Assembly: GCA_964016885.1 (NCBI GenBank)
Contig: OZ024740.1
Span: 78,492,001-78,556,000 of the forward strand
Source of the DNA: Eledone cirrhosa
Taxonomy: Eukaryota
Direction: 5' to 3'
Length of the DNA: 64,000 nt
The position numbers were made by a program, and so were the translations under genes. The notes under the pieces were generated by a model. The model saw only the letters and a list, made by a program, of their open reading frames with translations, made no database searches and was not told the origin of the DNA. Shown piece after piece: positions 35,445-46,491 of the stretch. Numbering within the stretch: position 1 is the stretch's first letter; every line of letters starts with the position of its first letter.

Positions 35445-38400
35445 CCCAATTCAATGATGTTCCAGAACAATGTAAACGAGATAATTGCCAATTTGGGTTC
35501 TGGAACAAAAAAGATCATTGGCAATAAGGGCAGGGGCCCCAAGTTATCACAACCTGGGCCCGCCCGTCATCGTGCCATTGTAATAGAGCCAAACAGGGCA
35601 TTTAGTCTTGGCTGCTGGAACGTACGGACGCTGCTTGACAGGGATTCTTTGGAGCGTCCTGAACGAAGGACCGCTCTTGTTGCGAAGGAGCTTCGACGTT
35701 ACGATCTTGACATCGTGGCTTTGTCTGAGACGAGGTTAGCTGGAGATGGTCATCTTACGGAATTTTGTGGAGAATATACATTCTTCTGGAAAGGAAGAGA
35801 TGAAGGAACCAGAAGAGAGGCTGGGGTAGGATTTGCTGTTAAGACTGTACTGGTGAATAAATTAGAAGAATTCCCAGTGGGGATTAGTGAGCGTCTTATG
35901 TCCATGAGAGTTCCGCTGGACAAGGGAAGATATGCTACCCTGGTGAGTGTGTATGCTCCAACTATGAATTCTGTCGATGAAGAAAAACTGTCCTTTTACC
36001 ATGCCTTGAAAGGTGTTTTAAGAAATATCCCTCAGGCAGACAAAGTCATCGTGCTTGGTGACTTTAATGCTAGAGTGGGTAGGGATTTTAACACATGGAA
36101 TGTAATCGGAAGGCATGGGGTGGGAAAGTGTAACAGCAATGGTATGCTCTTGCTGCAGATGTGTGAGGAGCTGGATCTGTGTGTTACCAACACCATGTTC
36201 CAACAAAAGAACAAATTCAAGACCACATGGATGCATCCTGCATCTAAGGAATGGCATCTTTTGGACTACGTCCTAGTCAGGATGCGTGACAGACAGGATG
36301 TGCGGTGTGTTCGTGTTCTTCGTGGAGCTGAGTGCTGGACGGACCACCGCCTGGTACGCGCAAAAGTGAATCTAATCACCAAACGTAAAATCCGGGCTCC
36401 TGGTGTTACCCTGCCCAAAAGATTGAATGCTGCTCGTCTTAAGGATAAAAATGTGAAGAGGACATTGGAAGAAGAGATGCAGGCTGCAGATCTTGGTGAG
36501 GATTGGCCGACCCTTAAAAAGTCGGTTTATGATGTAGGCAGACGTGTTCTGGGATTGGTGCAGAGAAAACATCAGGACTGGTTTAATGAGAAAGATGTGC
36601 ATATAGATGACTTGTTGGCTGATAAGAGGCGCGCTCTGTCACGCTACTTGACGGCAAGACCACAGGAGAGGAATACGTTGCATGAGGAGCTCAGGGATGT
36701 AAAATCACGTGTTAGGCGGAGTCTTTCTCAGATGAAGGATCAGTGGTGGAGTGAGAAGGCTGGTGAGATACAAACTGCGTCTGATTGCAATAACACAAAG
36801 CTGTTGTACAGTCTCTTGCGTGAGGTTTATGGACCGTCTTCTTCTCTGGTGACACCGATTCGCAGCAGGGATGGCAAAGAACTTCTTCGTGACTCACAGG
36901 GAATTCTACGAAGGTGGCGAGAGCACTTTGATGATCTTTTGAATCAGCCGTCTGTCGTCAGTGAAGATTTCCTCAATCTCATTCCGGAAAGTCCTGTGAA
37001 AGTAGCTCTCGCAGAGCCTCCGACACTTGTGGAGGTTGCAGTGGCTATTTCGAAGCTGAACAGTGGAAGATCTCCAGGTATGGATGGCATACATGCTGAG
37101 CTCCTACAATATGGTGGTGAGAGACTCCTGCAACATCTTCACTCTCTGTTTGGAAGGATATGGGCTAATGAATCCGTGCCTGAGGACTGGAGAGATGCAG
37201 TAATGGTGGTCTTGTACAAGGGAAAGGGTAACAGGAATGATTGTGGGAACTACAGAGGTATATCATTGCTTTCTGTCGTGGGGAAAGTTTTATGTAGGGT
37301 GCTTCTGGACCGTCTGCTGACACACATTGCAGATTGTGTCCTTCCTGAAAGTCAATCTGGTTTTCGTGTTGGACGCGGCACTACTGATATGATCTTCTCA
37401 GCTAGACAGCTCCAGGAGAAGTGCATTGAACAGGGCTTGGATCTGTATCAGGTTTTTGTCGATCTGACAAAGGCTTTCGATACTGTCAACAGAGATGCAT
37501 TATGGAAGGTTCTCCAGAAACTTGGTTGCCCCGATAAGTTCCTTGCTTTAGTTAGGTCTTTCCATGACGACATGAAGGCTTGGGTTAATGTCGGAGGTAA
37601 CATGTCGGAGCCTATCTCAGTAAAAAATGGAGTGAAACAGGGGGATATTCCAGCACCGACCCTGTTTGCCATATACTTTGCAATGGTTTTCTGTATTGCA
37701 TTCAGGAATTGCGAGCATGGTGTTTACATCCGATATCGAACCTCAGGCAGCATATTTAACACCAGGCGCTTTGCTGCGAAGACAAAAGTATTTACATCAG
37801 TCATAAGAGACCTCTTGTATGCAGATGATTGCGATCTTGTAGCGCACACAGAGAGTGATATGCAGCACATTTTGAATGTATTTTCTGACGCTTGCACTGC
37901 CCTGGGTTTGACTGTCAGTCTCAAGAAAACCGTCGTCATGTACCAACCTGCACCTGGTAGGCAGTACACTGAACCAAACATCTATGTGTATGGCAAACGA
38001 CTTGGAGTGGTTGATCAGTTTGTCTACCTGGGAAGCACTGTCAATCGATACGGCAACCTTGACAGTGAAATCTCACTTAGGATTAGGAAAGCAAGTGATG
38101 CTTTCGGAAAGCTAGAAAGGCGACTCTGGGGTCGGCGAGACATATGCAGGAGGACAAAGGTAAAGGTGTACAGGGCATGTGTACTCTCTTGTCTTCTTTA
38201 TGCCTGCGAGACCTGGGTCACATATCGACGCCACCTTAAGCAATTGGAGCGTTTCCATCAGATGTGTCTCAGACGGATACATGGCGTTCACTGGGGGGAC
38301 CACATCAGTGATGTCGAGATTTTGGAAAGCTCTATGTGTGACAGTATAGAAGCTCTTGTGCTTAAGCAGCGACTCCGTTGGAGTGGTCACCTTGCCAGGA

Positions 38401-39007
38401 TGAAGGATTCTAGAATACCAAAACAACTCTTCTATGGAGAGTTGGTTAAAGGAAAACGACCGCCACATAAACCAAAAAAGAGGTATAAGGATTCCTTGAA
38501 GGCCTCTCTGAAAGACGCTAACATCTCTGCTGATACATGGGAAAATATTGCTGCTGATCGTAATAAATGGAGAAAGACTGTATATGAGGGAAAAGTTGCC
38601 TTTGAGGCATCTCGAATCGCACACGAGAAAGTAAAGCGGGACGTGAGGAAGGGTATTGCTGTTGCACTTCCAGACGGCGAGGGTCCTCCTATGTTTCTGA
38701 CATGCAGCGTCTGTGCGAGACTCTGCCTAAGCAAAGCTGGACTCGAAAGTCATCTTCGCAGTCATAAAGTAAGACCAGTGGTTGACTACCAGGCTGCTGT
38801 TGGAGATGCTACTCATCATGCTTGCCAAACATGTGGTAGAGAATGTAAATCAGCAGGAGGACTCAAGCGACATGCAAAAGTACACGAACTCCAACCACAG
38901 CCGACTATTCCCAGTAAATGTTTTGGTTGCCGACTCTGTGCAAGACATTTTGGATCATTGGCTGGGCTAAAAAGCCACATTCGATCGCAGCACTGTTAGT
39001 TGCTATC

Positions 39008-39049
<42 letters not shown>

Positions 39050-39128
39050 GCTTATGTGCGTGCGTGTGTGTGTATATATATATGAATATGTATATTATTA
39101 TTGTTGTTGTCGTTATTATTATTATTGC

Positions 39129-39177
<49 letters not shown>

Positions 39178-39348
39178 GTTATTAATGTATGTGTGTATAT
39201 ATGTGTGAGTGTATGTGTATGTATGTGTGTGTGTATATATGTATGTATGTGTATGTATGTGTGTGTGTATATGTATGTGTATGTATATGTATATGTATAT
39301 ATATGTGTGTATGTATATATATATATATATCTTTTTTTTTTTTTTATT

Positions 39349-39405
<57 letters not shown>

Positions 39406-39467
39406 TTTTTTTTTTTTTTTTTTTTTATTGTGCAATGGCCATACTCGATAACGAGGGGGCAGCCATC
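35069..39467 (+). mobile_element. Intact RTE-clade LINE with 9-bp TSD (atgtatgcc) and 5' poly(T)
   Basis: TSD at 35027-35035 and 39468-39476; T33 at 35036-35068; single long ORF. Confidence 0.92.
35454..38999 (+). CDS. RTE polyprotein: APE endonuclease, reverse transcriptase and three C-terminal C2H2 zinc fingers (1181 aa)
   Basis: WNVRTL, LSETRL, GDFNARVG, TDHRLV; DLTKAFD, GVKQG, LYADD; CSVC..HLRSH, CQTC..HAKVH, CRLC..HIRSQH; no stops. Confidence 0.95.
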   Translation: MMFQNNVNEIIANLGSGTKKIIGNKGRGPKLSQPGPARHRAIVIEPNRAFSLGCWNVRTLLDRDSLERPERRTALVAKELRRYDLDIVALSETRLAGDGHLTEFCGEYTFFWKGRDEGTRREAGVGFAVKTVLVNKLEEFPVGISERLMSMRVPLDKGRYATLVSVYAPTMNSVDEEKLSFYHALKGVLRNIPQADKVIVLGDFNARVGRDFNTWNVIGRHGVGKCNSNGMLLLQMCEELDLCVTNTMFQQKNKFKTTWMHPASKEWHLLDYVLVRMRDRQDVRCVRVLRGAECWTDHRLVRAKVNLITKRKIRAPGVTLPKRLNAARLKDKNVKRTLEEEMQAADLGEDWPTLKKSVYDVGRRVLGLVQRKHQDWFNEKDVHIDDLLADKRRALSRYLTARPQERNTLHEELRDVKSRVRRSLSQMKDQWWSEKAGEIQTASDCNNTKLLYSLLREVYGPSSSLVTPIRSRDGKELLRDSQGILRRWREHFDDLLNQPSVVSEDFLNLIPESPVKVALAEPPTLVEVAVAISKLNSGRSPGMDGIHAELLQYGGERLLQHLHSLFGRIWANESVPEDWRDAVMVVLYKGKGNRNDCGNYRGISLLSVVGKVLCRVLLDRLLTHIADCVLPESQSGFRVGRGTTDMIFSARQLQEKCIEQGLDLYQVFVDLTKAFDTVNRDALWKVLQKLGCPDKFLALVRSFHDDMKAWVNVGGNMSEPISVKNGVKQGDIPAPTLFAIYFAMVFCIAFRNCEHGVYIRYRTSGSIFNTRRFAAKTKVFTSVIRDLLYADDCDLVAHTESDMQHILNVFSDACTALGLTVSLKKTVVMYQPAPGRQYTEPNIYVYGKRLGVVDQFVYLGSTVNRYGNLDSEISLRIRKASDAFGKLERRLWGRRDICRRTKVKVYRACVLSCLLYACETWVTYRRHLKQLERFHQMCLRRIHGVHWGDHISDVEILESSMCDSIEALVLKQRLRWSGHLARMKDSRIPKQLFYGELVKGKRPPHKPKKRYKDSLKASLKDANISADTWENIAADRNKWRKTVYEGKVAFEASRIAHEKVKRDVRKGIAVALPDGEGPPMFLTCSVCARLCLSKAGLESHLRSHKVRPVVDYQAAVGDATHHACQTCGRECKSAGGLKRHAKVHELQPQPTIPSKCFGCRLCARHFGSLAGLKSHIRSQHC

Positions 39468-39499
39468 ATGTATGCCTGTATGTATGTATGTATATATGT

Positions 39500-40174
39500 A
39501 TGGTCGTGTAACTTCCGATAGAGACGCCAGGGCGCCGTATTAACATACAACGTTTTTTGGGCATTTTAAGTCTGCCGGAGCCCATCCCCCCCCAGGCCTG
39601 AGTACAGTAGATTTCTTCTAGAGAAAGATAAAGAGTGGGAGAGAGGAAATGAGAAAGAGATATAGAGGAAGAATCGACCCCAGTACTAGAGCGGTACTTT
39701 TTTTTATCGACCTGGAAAGGATGAAAGGTAAAGTTGACATCGGTGGGATTTGAACTCAGAGAGCAGAGAGCCGGAAGGAATACCATAAGGCATTCTATCC
39801 GACGTTCTAAAGACTCTGCCAATTCGCCGCCTTGTTTAATGTTTGGCCTTTTTCTAAATACAGGGGACGAATTGGCAGAATCGTTAGAACATCAGCTAAA
39901 ATGCTTTGTGGTATTCGTTCCGGCTCTTTGCTCTCTTAGTTCAAATCCCACCGAAGTCAACTTTGCTTTCATCCCTTTTGCACCATTCTAGTACTGGGGT
40001 TGATTCTTCCTCTATATCTCTTTCTCACTTCCTCTCCCCGCTTTCCATCCTTCTCTGGAAGAAATCTGTTGTGTTCAGACCTGAAGAGGTATGGTCTACG
40101 CCAGACTTAAAATGTTCAAGAAATGCCGTATGCTACAACGGCCCCCTTACGACTCCATCAGGAGTTATGGGACC
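39500..40174. mobile_element. Head-to-head pair of SINEs (39500-39830 minus, 39862-40174 plus) with an alternative tail
   Basis: Both have ggcagaatc-type heads, the gttcaaatcccacc core and ttcttcctctatatctctttctca tails. Confidence 0.75.
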
Positions 40175-40255
40175 ATACCGTATCGTACCATACTGTACCA
40201 TACTGTACCATACTGTACCATACTGTACCATACTGTACCATACTGTACCATACCT
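40175..40255. repeat. 10-bp tandem repeat (tactgtacca)n
   Basis: Seen directly. Confidence 0.9.
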
Positions 40256-40697
40256 TTTCTAAATATTTTACAAAGTCGAACCAAGTGAATTAGTATCAAC
40301 CTAGTTGCCGGTCATGGCTGTGTACCTAAAAGTTACGCTTCACAACCATATCAAGTGGTCCTGTTGTATTGGCATCTCTTATGCCAGAACCACTTCGGAT
40401 CATCTGTGTAATCAAAAATGGGGACCTGGGATTGATCCATTGGAAACCCGTAACCGATGTTTTCAGAAAATGCATAATATAACTCCTACCTCCCCCAAAA
40501 CAGGAATGTATAGCTAATTTTCAGACCCACCAGCCTGGAACCTTCTTCTGTGATACCAAAAGTAGAGAATACTGATTTTGTAAAAATTATTTCGACGGTA
40601 ATTTTAGATAAACGGTACGAAGGAAAATTGAAGTTGTGATGTTCCTTCTTGTCTTCAAGGAAGCTACTTCTGAGAATCTAAACTAGATTGCTTAGAC

Positions 40698-41169
40698 CAG
40701 AGGAGGAGAACCTTTTCATATTGAAAGGCCGCATTAAGTTACTTGCAATATAATAGGGTCACATTCAGAAACCATAAAGAAAAATTCTTAAAATCTGCAA
40801 TATTTTGTAAAAATCTAATTACTATGTATTAATTATCTAAAAAAACGCAAAGGAAATTTAATTTTAAAGCTGATTACTTTTACTTCTTAATGACTTTGGT
40901 GTGACTGCTTGTTGTGGGAAAGTATTTTGATATTTGGTTGCAACATGGAAGTCCGAAGTTTCGGAACCTCTGGATGGGCATCTGTCATTTGTGATCTCAA
41001 AAGCGTCTTGATTTTGGTTAGGTAGGAGAATGTAGATTCGCAGCAATAAGAGAGTATTATTTGTGCAGGATGCCGAACATATGGGTATTCCATTGCATTT
41101 TGCACATTTTTTTATTCTTTCAAAAGGCCGTACAGAATGACATAGAAGGACCCAAGTTCCCCATCTCTG
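40698..41169 (-). mobile_element. Internally deleted hAT (Charlie-type) transposon
   Basis: TIRs cagaggaggagaac / gttccccatctctg; degenerate 8-bp TSD gcttagac/gcttaagc; SYCCESTFSYLTKIKTLLRSQMTD...HQSH is the hAT dimerisation C-terminus. Confidence 0.8.
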
Positions 41170-42814
41170 GCTTAAGCGATGAATATTCTAAGTGTTCGAT
41201 CAATAGAGCGGCATTATGTTAAGTATACTGTGTTATCCCATTTTACTTGAACATGACTAAGGCATAACTGTGTAGTTAATTTGCCCAACAACTACATCGT
41301 TTCAGGCTTTATTCCATCGCACAGCATCTTGGGCAAGTATTTCTATCATAGCCTCATGTCCATCAAAGCCAACAAGTGAAATCGTTTAATACCCCCACAT
41401 AGCCTTTGGATACTTTTAGCTGATTCCATTATGTGGCAAGCATTCGCATCACGTCTTCGACATAAAGATACTTTTCTCTTCCTCCTATCAGTTCTCGAAG
41501 GCTTTGAAAGAGTTAATCGGTGCTTCCCACTTCTTCTAACTAAGTCACACGCACACACAAAGAAAGAATTAAAACAAGATAGAACGCAATCACTGTATTT
41601 TTAATGAAAGAGAAATCTTTATTTCCAAGAGGGAATATTTTTATATATAAGTTTGTGACACAGTTTTAACCTTCAAATATGGTTTATTCATTTAAATCAG
41701 TGGTTGTCAAAAAAAGAACGCGTGAGGGGTTCATACTTAAAGTGTGATGTACATCGGAGTTGTTAGAATTGATGTGGTTTGGAAAGTCCCACTGTCAGTC
41801 AATTCAAACTGGAAACACACAGTAGGAGAGGCCTAGTATGGTCCTGTGGGTGTCAGCTAGACACTATACTGCAATATACAGCCAGCGAGTAAACCTCTGT
41901 ATGGCTGCTCGGGCTGCTAGAAATAGCAACGAAACTTCATTCAAAGGCGCGCCTAATGTCTTTGGAAAAGACGAGCATGTTGGACAATGTCAGCTATAAA
42001 TATTTATAAAAATATAATGGTAAGAGCCATAAGTCTGCTGAACCTGAGCTGACCAGTGGCTAAAAAATAACAATAACTGTAACATACAGTAATTAATACC
42101 TTGGTGAGATGGTTACAATAACTCGTTTTCTTTCTCTGTTAAGGTTAATTCAGTTCTCTTGCGGTTTAGCCCATGGTCAACCCTGATCAAGCAAATCTAT
42201 GATAAAGAAAATTACACTCGTGCTCAACTCTTCCTTAGTGGTACGCAGGAATAATTTATCTGATGTTTCCATCTTTTGTTAACGTAGTAGAGTTTGATTT
42301 ATTTAAAGGAAATTTGGCTGCTAAACATAGCAGGTCAGATAAAAAAAAATGATCTGCGGATGGCAATCATGTATATCAATACAACCTAATTTATGCTTGG
42401 GCCGTCGGTGACTAAACCAACAATGTCACTCAAGGGTCTCACTCTGGTATGTGGAAAGTGAATGGATACTCTGACAAGACAAACAAAAATAAAATCTAAA
42501 AAAGAAAATACTTGCTTCCATAGGTACATGAACTCAACAAGAGATCAACGGCCATTCATCATGCCTACACTGAGTAGAGGCCTCATTAAGCTGAGTCTAG
42601 CATTGCTGAGTCTCCTAATAATCCCTGGCTTTGCTCCTTTGACACTGGGTGACCTGGACGGGAGAAACCTGTTGCTAAGTGCGAGGAACACTCAAATTGG
42701 AATAAATCAGTTCTCATTGTCGAAAGCAACCAACGTATGCCATGACTAATTGACAGAGGGTCCAGCGACCACATATAGCAAGAAGCCCCAAATAATGTTG
42801 TAGAACATCAACTC

Positions 42815-43056
42815 ATTCATCCGACAGGAGACTCAGGGGTAGAACACCAGCAGGAGGTTTGGATAACATCTACGAACTCGGCTTGTCTCGCTTGGGGTTC
42901 TAGCTGGATCAATTGGAGACAGTTGCTTCTGACAGGACCCGTTGGAACTCTTCTCCCTCCCCCTCCCCCATGATCCTCCCTGGAATAAGTGGGCGGAGAA
43001 GAAGAAGAAGAAGAAGAAGAAGAAGAAGAAGAAGAAGAAGAAGAAGAAGAAGAAGA
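42815..43056 (+). mobile_element. RTE-type 3' fragment with (GAA)n tail
   Basis: PTGR..RGR..LDNI..LGLSRLG...VASDRTRW then gaa repeats; related to 31300-31789. Confidence 0.5.
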
Positions 43057-43779
43057 ACTAATTCGTGGAATACTTGACCCCCTCATCGACCCCCAGGCAT
43101 GTACAAAACCAAGTGAATCAGTAAATAAATCAATAAACAGAATATGAATTAAATAGACAATAAAACTAGTTATATATAAATCAGAAACCTGTATAAATCT
43201 CATGTATTTTATTGTAGTATTTTATGTGTTTTCATTTCTTACACAAATGTTACTTTGGTTCAAAAGTTCAATCGCCATTCCTGGGTAGTCCCATCGACAC
43301 TTGGGGATCAATATAATTTATTTCGGGAACTCCTTGCATAGATATCCGTCCCATTCTTGACTAGAATTTACTCATGCCATTCGTATTTTCGAGAAATTTG
43401 TCAAGGTTTCACAATGTCACACTTTGACAAGCAGCTTTCAAAAATTCTTTCAGTATTCTTGGTTGCAGTCTCTTCATTGAAGAATTCTGAGAGACATTAG
43501 AATTAGTCGATTAAATCGACACCTGTACTTCACTGGTACTTTATATTTTATCGACTCCAGAAAGATGAAAAGCAAAGTTGACCTCGGTGGAATTTGAACT
43601 GAAAACATAAAAGACTGAAACAAATGCTGCAAAGCATTTTGTCTGACTCTCTAATTATTTTGTCAGTCTTAATTATTTGGTCTTCAATTTAAGTAAGAAG
43701 ACAGTCTATAAAGAGTGTTCTTCCAGGAAGAGGCACCCCTTTGATAGAAATATGGTAAATACATTATTAACTTCATATG

Positions 43780-44520
43780 TTCAGACGCTCCTTATTGTCC
43801 ACACAAAAATACTGACTGAAGCAGAAATATAAAGTTGATTTCATATGAGTCATTTCTATCTTATGAGTGATAGCGCATCGCCTAGTGGTTATACTGTTAG
43901 GTTCATTATTGGAGATTATGAGTTCGATGCTGTGTACATTCTTTTGCGTTGAACGTGCTAAAAAAACATCCAACGTCTTTTGGGTGTTTCTGTTTTACAA
44001 TATGATGAAATATTGATGTGGTTTTCACCAACACCCCATCTTCTGCCTGTTTCCTGTATATGGTCCCACGTATCCCCCTTCTCAACCGGTATATCGTCAT
44101 TGTTATTTATTTTGTAGAAGTTTAGCTATGATCTCAGTCAGTGATACATTGCTTGTTTTTACGACCATAAACTTCATATTCTCCAGCGGAATTGGATGAT
44201 CTTCATAGGTTTTGTACTATCTTTTCTTTTGCTTGTCATAACATTTCGGTGGCGTTTTTGTGTGGGGGTTCTGTTTTGTCTTTTTCTCTGCAACAATCTG
44301 CCGCTTCTTTCCACTCTCTATCTGTACTCCATCTTTGGAAGTAGATTCAGTGACATTGCTAGAAGAAAGGGCTTCAATATTGTCTGTATTTCGGACCGAG
44401 GATAAAGCGTTACCCTCCGCCATTATTGGGGATCCTATTAACGGAGTTATTGAAACAGAAACCTCTAAGACCTACTGTTGTTGTTACTGGTGGTAGAGGT
44501 GCTTTTGTTATTGCCATTTA
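43780..44520 (-). pseudogene. Possible decayed Tx1 ORF1 fragment
   Basis: MAEGNALSS...K/Q-rich segment, then RLRRGIRGT resembling FLQRGKQYGS; weak. Confidence 0.25.
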
Positions 44521-44548
44521 AATGTGCGTGTTCATTCTTTTGCCTTCA

Positions 44549-45010
44549 TGGGTTCACGTGTTACGACACGTTCTCTGCTACAAACGTCGCTTCGACCACA
44601 AAACTGAGAACTGACGCCTGTATCAGAGAGTAAAAGAGGATAGCCAAATACCGGGACTTCACAGTCTGCTACCTTTTCGTGTCGGTTGCCATCGAGACCT
44701 TGGGTATCCTCGGCCCCAAAACTGCTGTTTTTCTCCACAAAATTAGGAGGAACGCAGCCAACCTGAAGAAGGATAACCGTGAGATTTAGTGGGTGATGCA
44801 ATGGGTGTCATTGACTTATCTTCGTGGCAATGTCTTCGCTATTTTGTCTGCAGGACGTAGCTGAGATATACTACATAGACTGGGATGTAGAGTCTACCAC
44901 CCTCTTCCCCTTCCCCTTTCGTCATTATATTTGTTGTCTTTCTGTTTTTGTCTTTTTTAATCGTTTTTTATTATCTCCATTTGTTTGATTATTTGTTAAT
45001 AAATAAATAA
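44549..45010 (+). mobile_element. CRE-type RLE 3' fragment
   Basis: W.FTCYDTF...KRIAKYRDF...FVSVAIETLGILGPKT...REI*WVMQWVSLTYLRGNVFAILSAGRS*. Confidence 0.75.
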
Positions 45011-45284
45011 ATGACTAAATAAATACAGTTAATAGCCTTAACATGAGTCACAATACAACTGTTTCAGGATGCGTATCAAATTGGAACTGTCTTTGTTTAA
45101 TTAATATTTGTTTGTTTTATTTTTAAACATGCCTGTGCTTCCAAATATTTTGATGGCCTATTCACAGCTACCCCCAATGTAGCTGATACATCTTCCAGCT
45201 CCAGCAGAGGTAATCATTTTGAACTACAAATATATGAAGCAAATGATTGTTTGCAGAAACGTATGTAAGGTAAGTAAAAAATCC

Positions 45285-45568
45285 TTAATTCCTGACGGGC
45301 GGGAAGAACTCGCAGGGGCGCCATCGTTACACACTTGGACATTTTAAACCTGGTGGAACTTTCCAGGCTGGAACACAGCCGATTTCTTCCAGAGAAAGAG
45401 GTAGAGAAAGATTCGACCCAGTTCTAGGCTGTTACTTTATTTATCGACCTCGAAAGGATAAAAGGCAAAGTTGCTTTTGGCGCAATTTGAACTCAGAACG
45501 CAGTGAACTGGAAAAATACCGAGGCATTTTTTAATCCGACACCCTAATGACTTTGCTAATTCGCCGCA
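45285..45568 (-). mobile_element. SINE with alternative tail
   Basis: aaaggcaaagttg core; gacattttaaacctgg...atttcttccagagaaag tail as at 39560-39630. Confidence 0.6.
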
Positions 45569-45576
45569 TTGAAATA

Positions 45577-45773
45577 CTAGGGTCGGCTGAAAAGTTCATA
45601 GCTGACGATGAAGGATTGATACTAGAGCTGTGAAATCTAACTTGCATTAATTCCAACTCTTCTTATTAATAACTGCATTGTTACTTTCTAGGGACTATGT
45701 TGAAAAATAAACCTCATTTAGTCATTCCATGAGAGTACCTTGGTCAGCCTATGAATTTTTCAGCCGACCCTCG
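45577..45773. mobile_element. Tc1/mariner-type MITE
   Basis: TA|ctagggtcggctgaaaagttcatagctgac ... gtcagcctatgaatttttcagccgaccctcg|TA. Confidence 0.85.
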
Positions 45774-45964
45774 TATATGTTCATAGTAGACAATATCTAA
45801 GAACTATCCTTTTTTCCTGCCTCTGGAGAATCGTGTGAATGTTTAAATATTTCAAATCACTTTGTTTATAAAAAGAACCACGCAAGAGCTTTTATTCATC
45901 AAATAAATAGGGGAGAAATTACCTTCCACCCGGGAGCTCTGTAAACACATGCTTTCACGTTAAT

Positions 45965-46444
45965 GGTTTCAATTTAGGCAAAAAGCCAGCAATTTGTGGG
46001 CAGTGGAAAGTCGATTATATCGACTACACTAGTACTTTATTTTATTGAATCTGGAAGGATAAAAGGCAAAAGGCCAACACTTTGGAGAAGTGAGAAATAT
46101 ATCAACCTCAATATTTAGCTGGTATTTCATTTTATCGACCTCGGAAGGATGAAAGGCAAAATTGATTTTAGCTGGATATGAGCTCAAAACGCGGAGAGCC
46201 AGAAGGTAATAATAAAAATAATAATTGTTTCTACTATAGGCACAAGGCCAGCAATTTGAAAGGGAGAGGAAAGTCGATTAAATCGACCCCTATTCATTAC
46301 TGGTACTTTATTTTATCGACCCCGTAAGGATGAAAGGCAAAGTTAACCTCGACGAGATTTGAACTCAGAATGTAAAGGGTCATAACTCCATACTTGCTTG
46401 CAAAGCATCGTATCTGACACTCTACAGATACTGCCAAACCACCG

Positions 46445-46445
<1 letters not shown>
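45965..46445 (-). mobile_element. Cluster of three major-family SINE copies/fragments
   Basis: gaaggat.aaaggcaaa core repeated at about 46055, 46145 and 46328. Confidence 0.75.

Positions 46446-46491
<46 letters not shown>

Noticed and set aside
38690-38999. Host C2H2 zinc-finger gene
   Set aside because: The fingers are in frame with RT, inside the TSD, and travel with other RTE copies.
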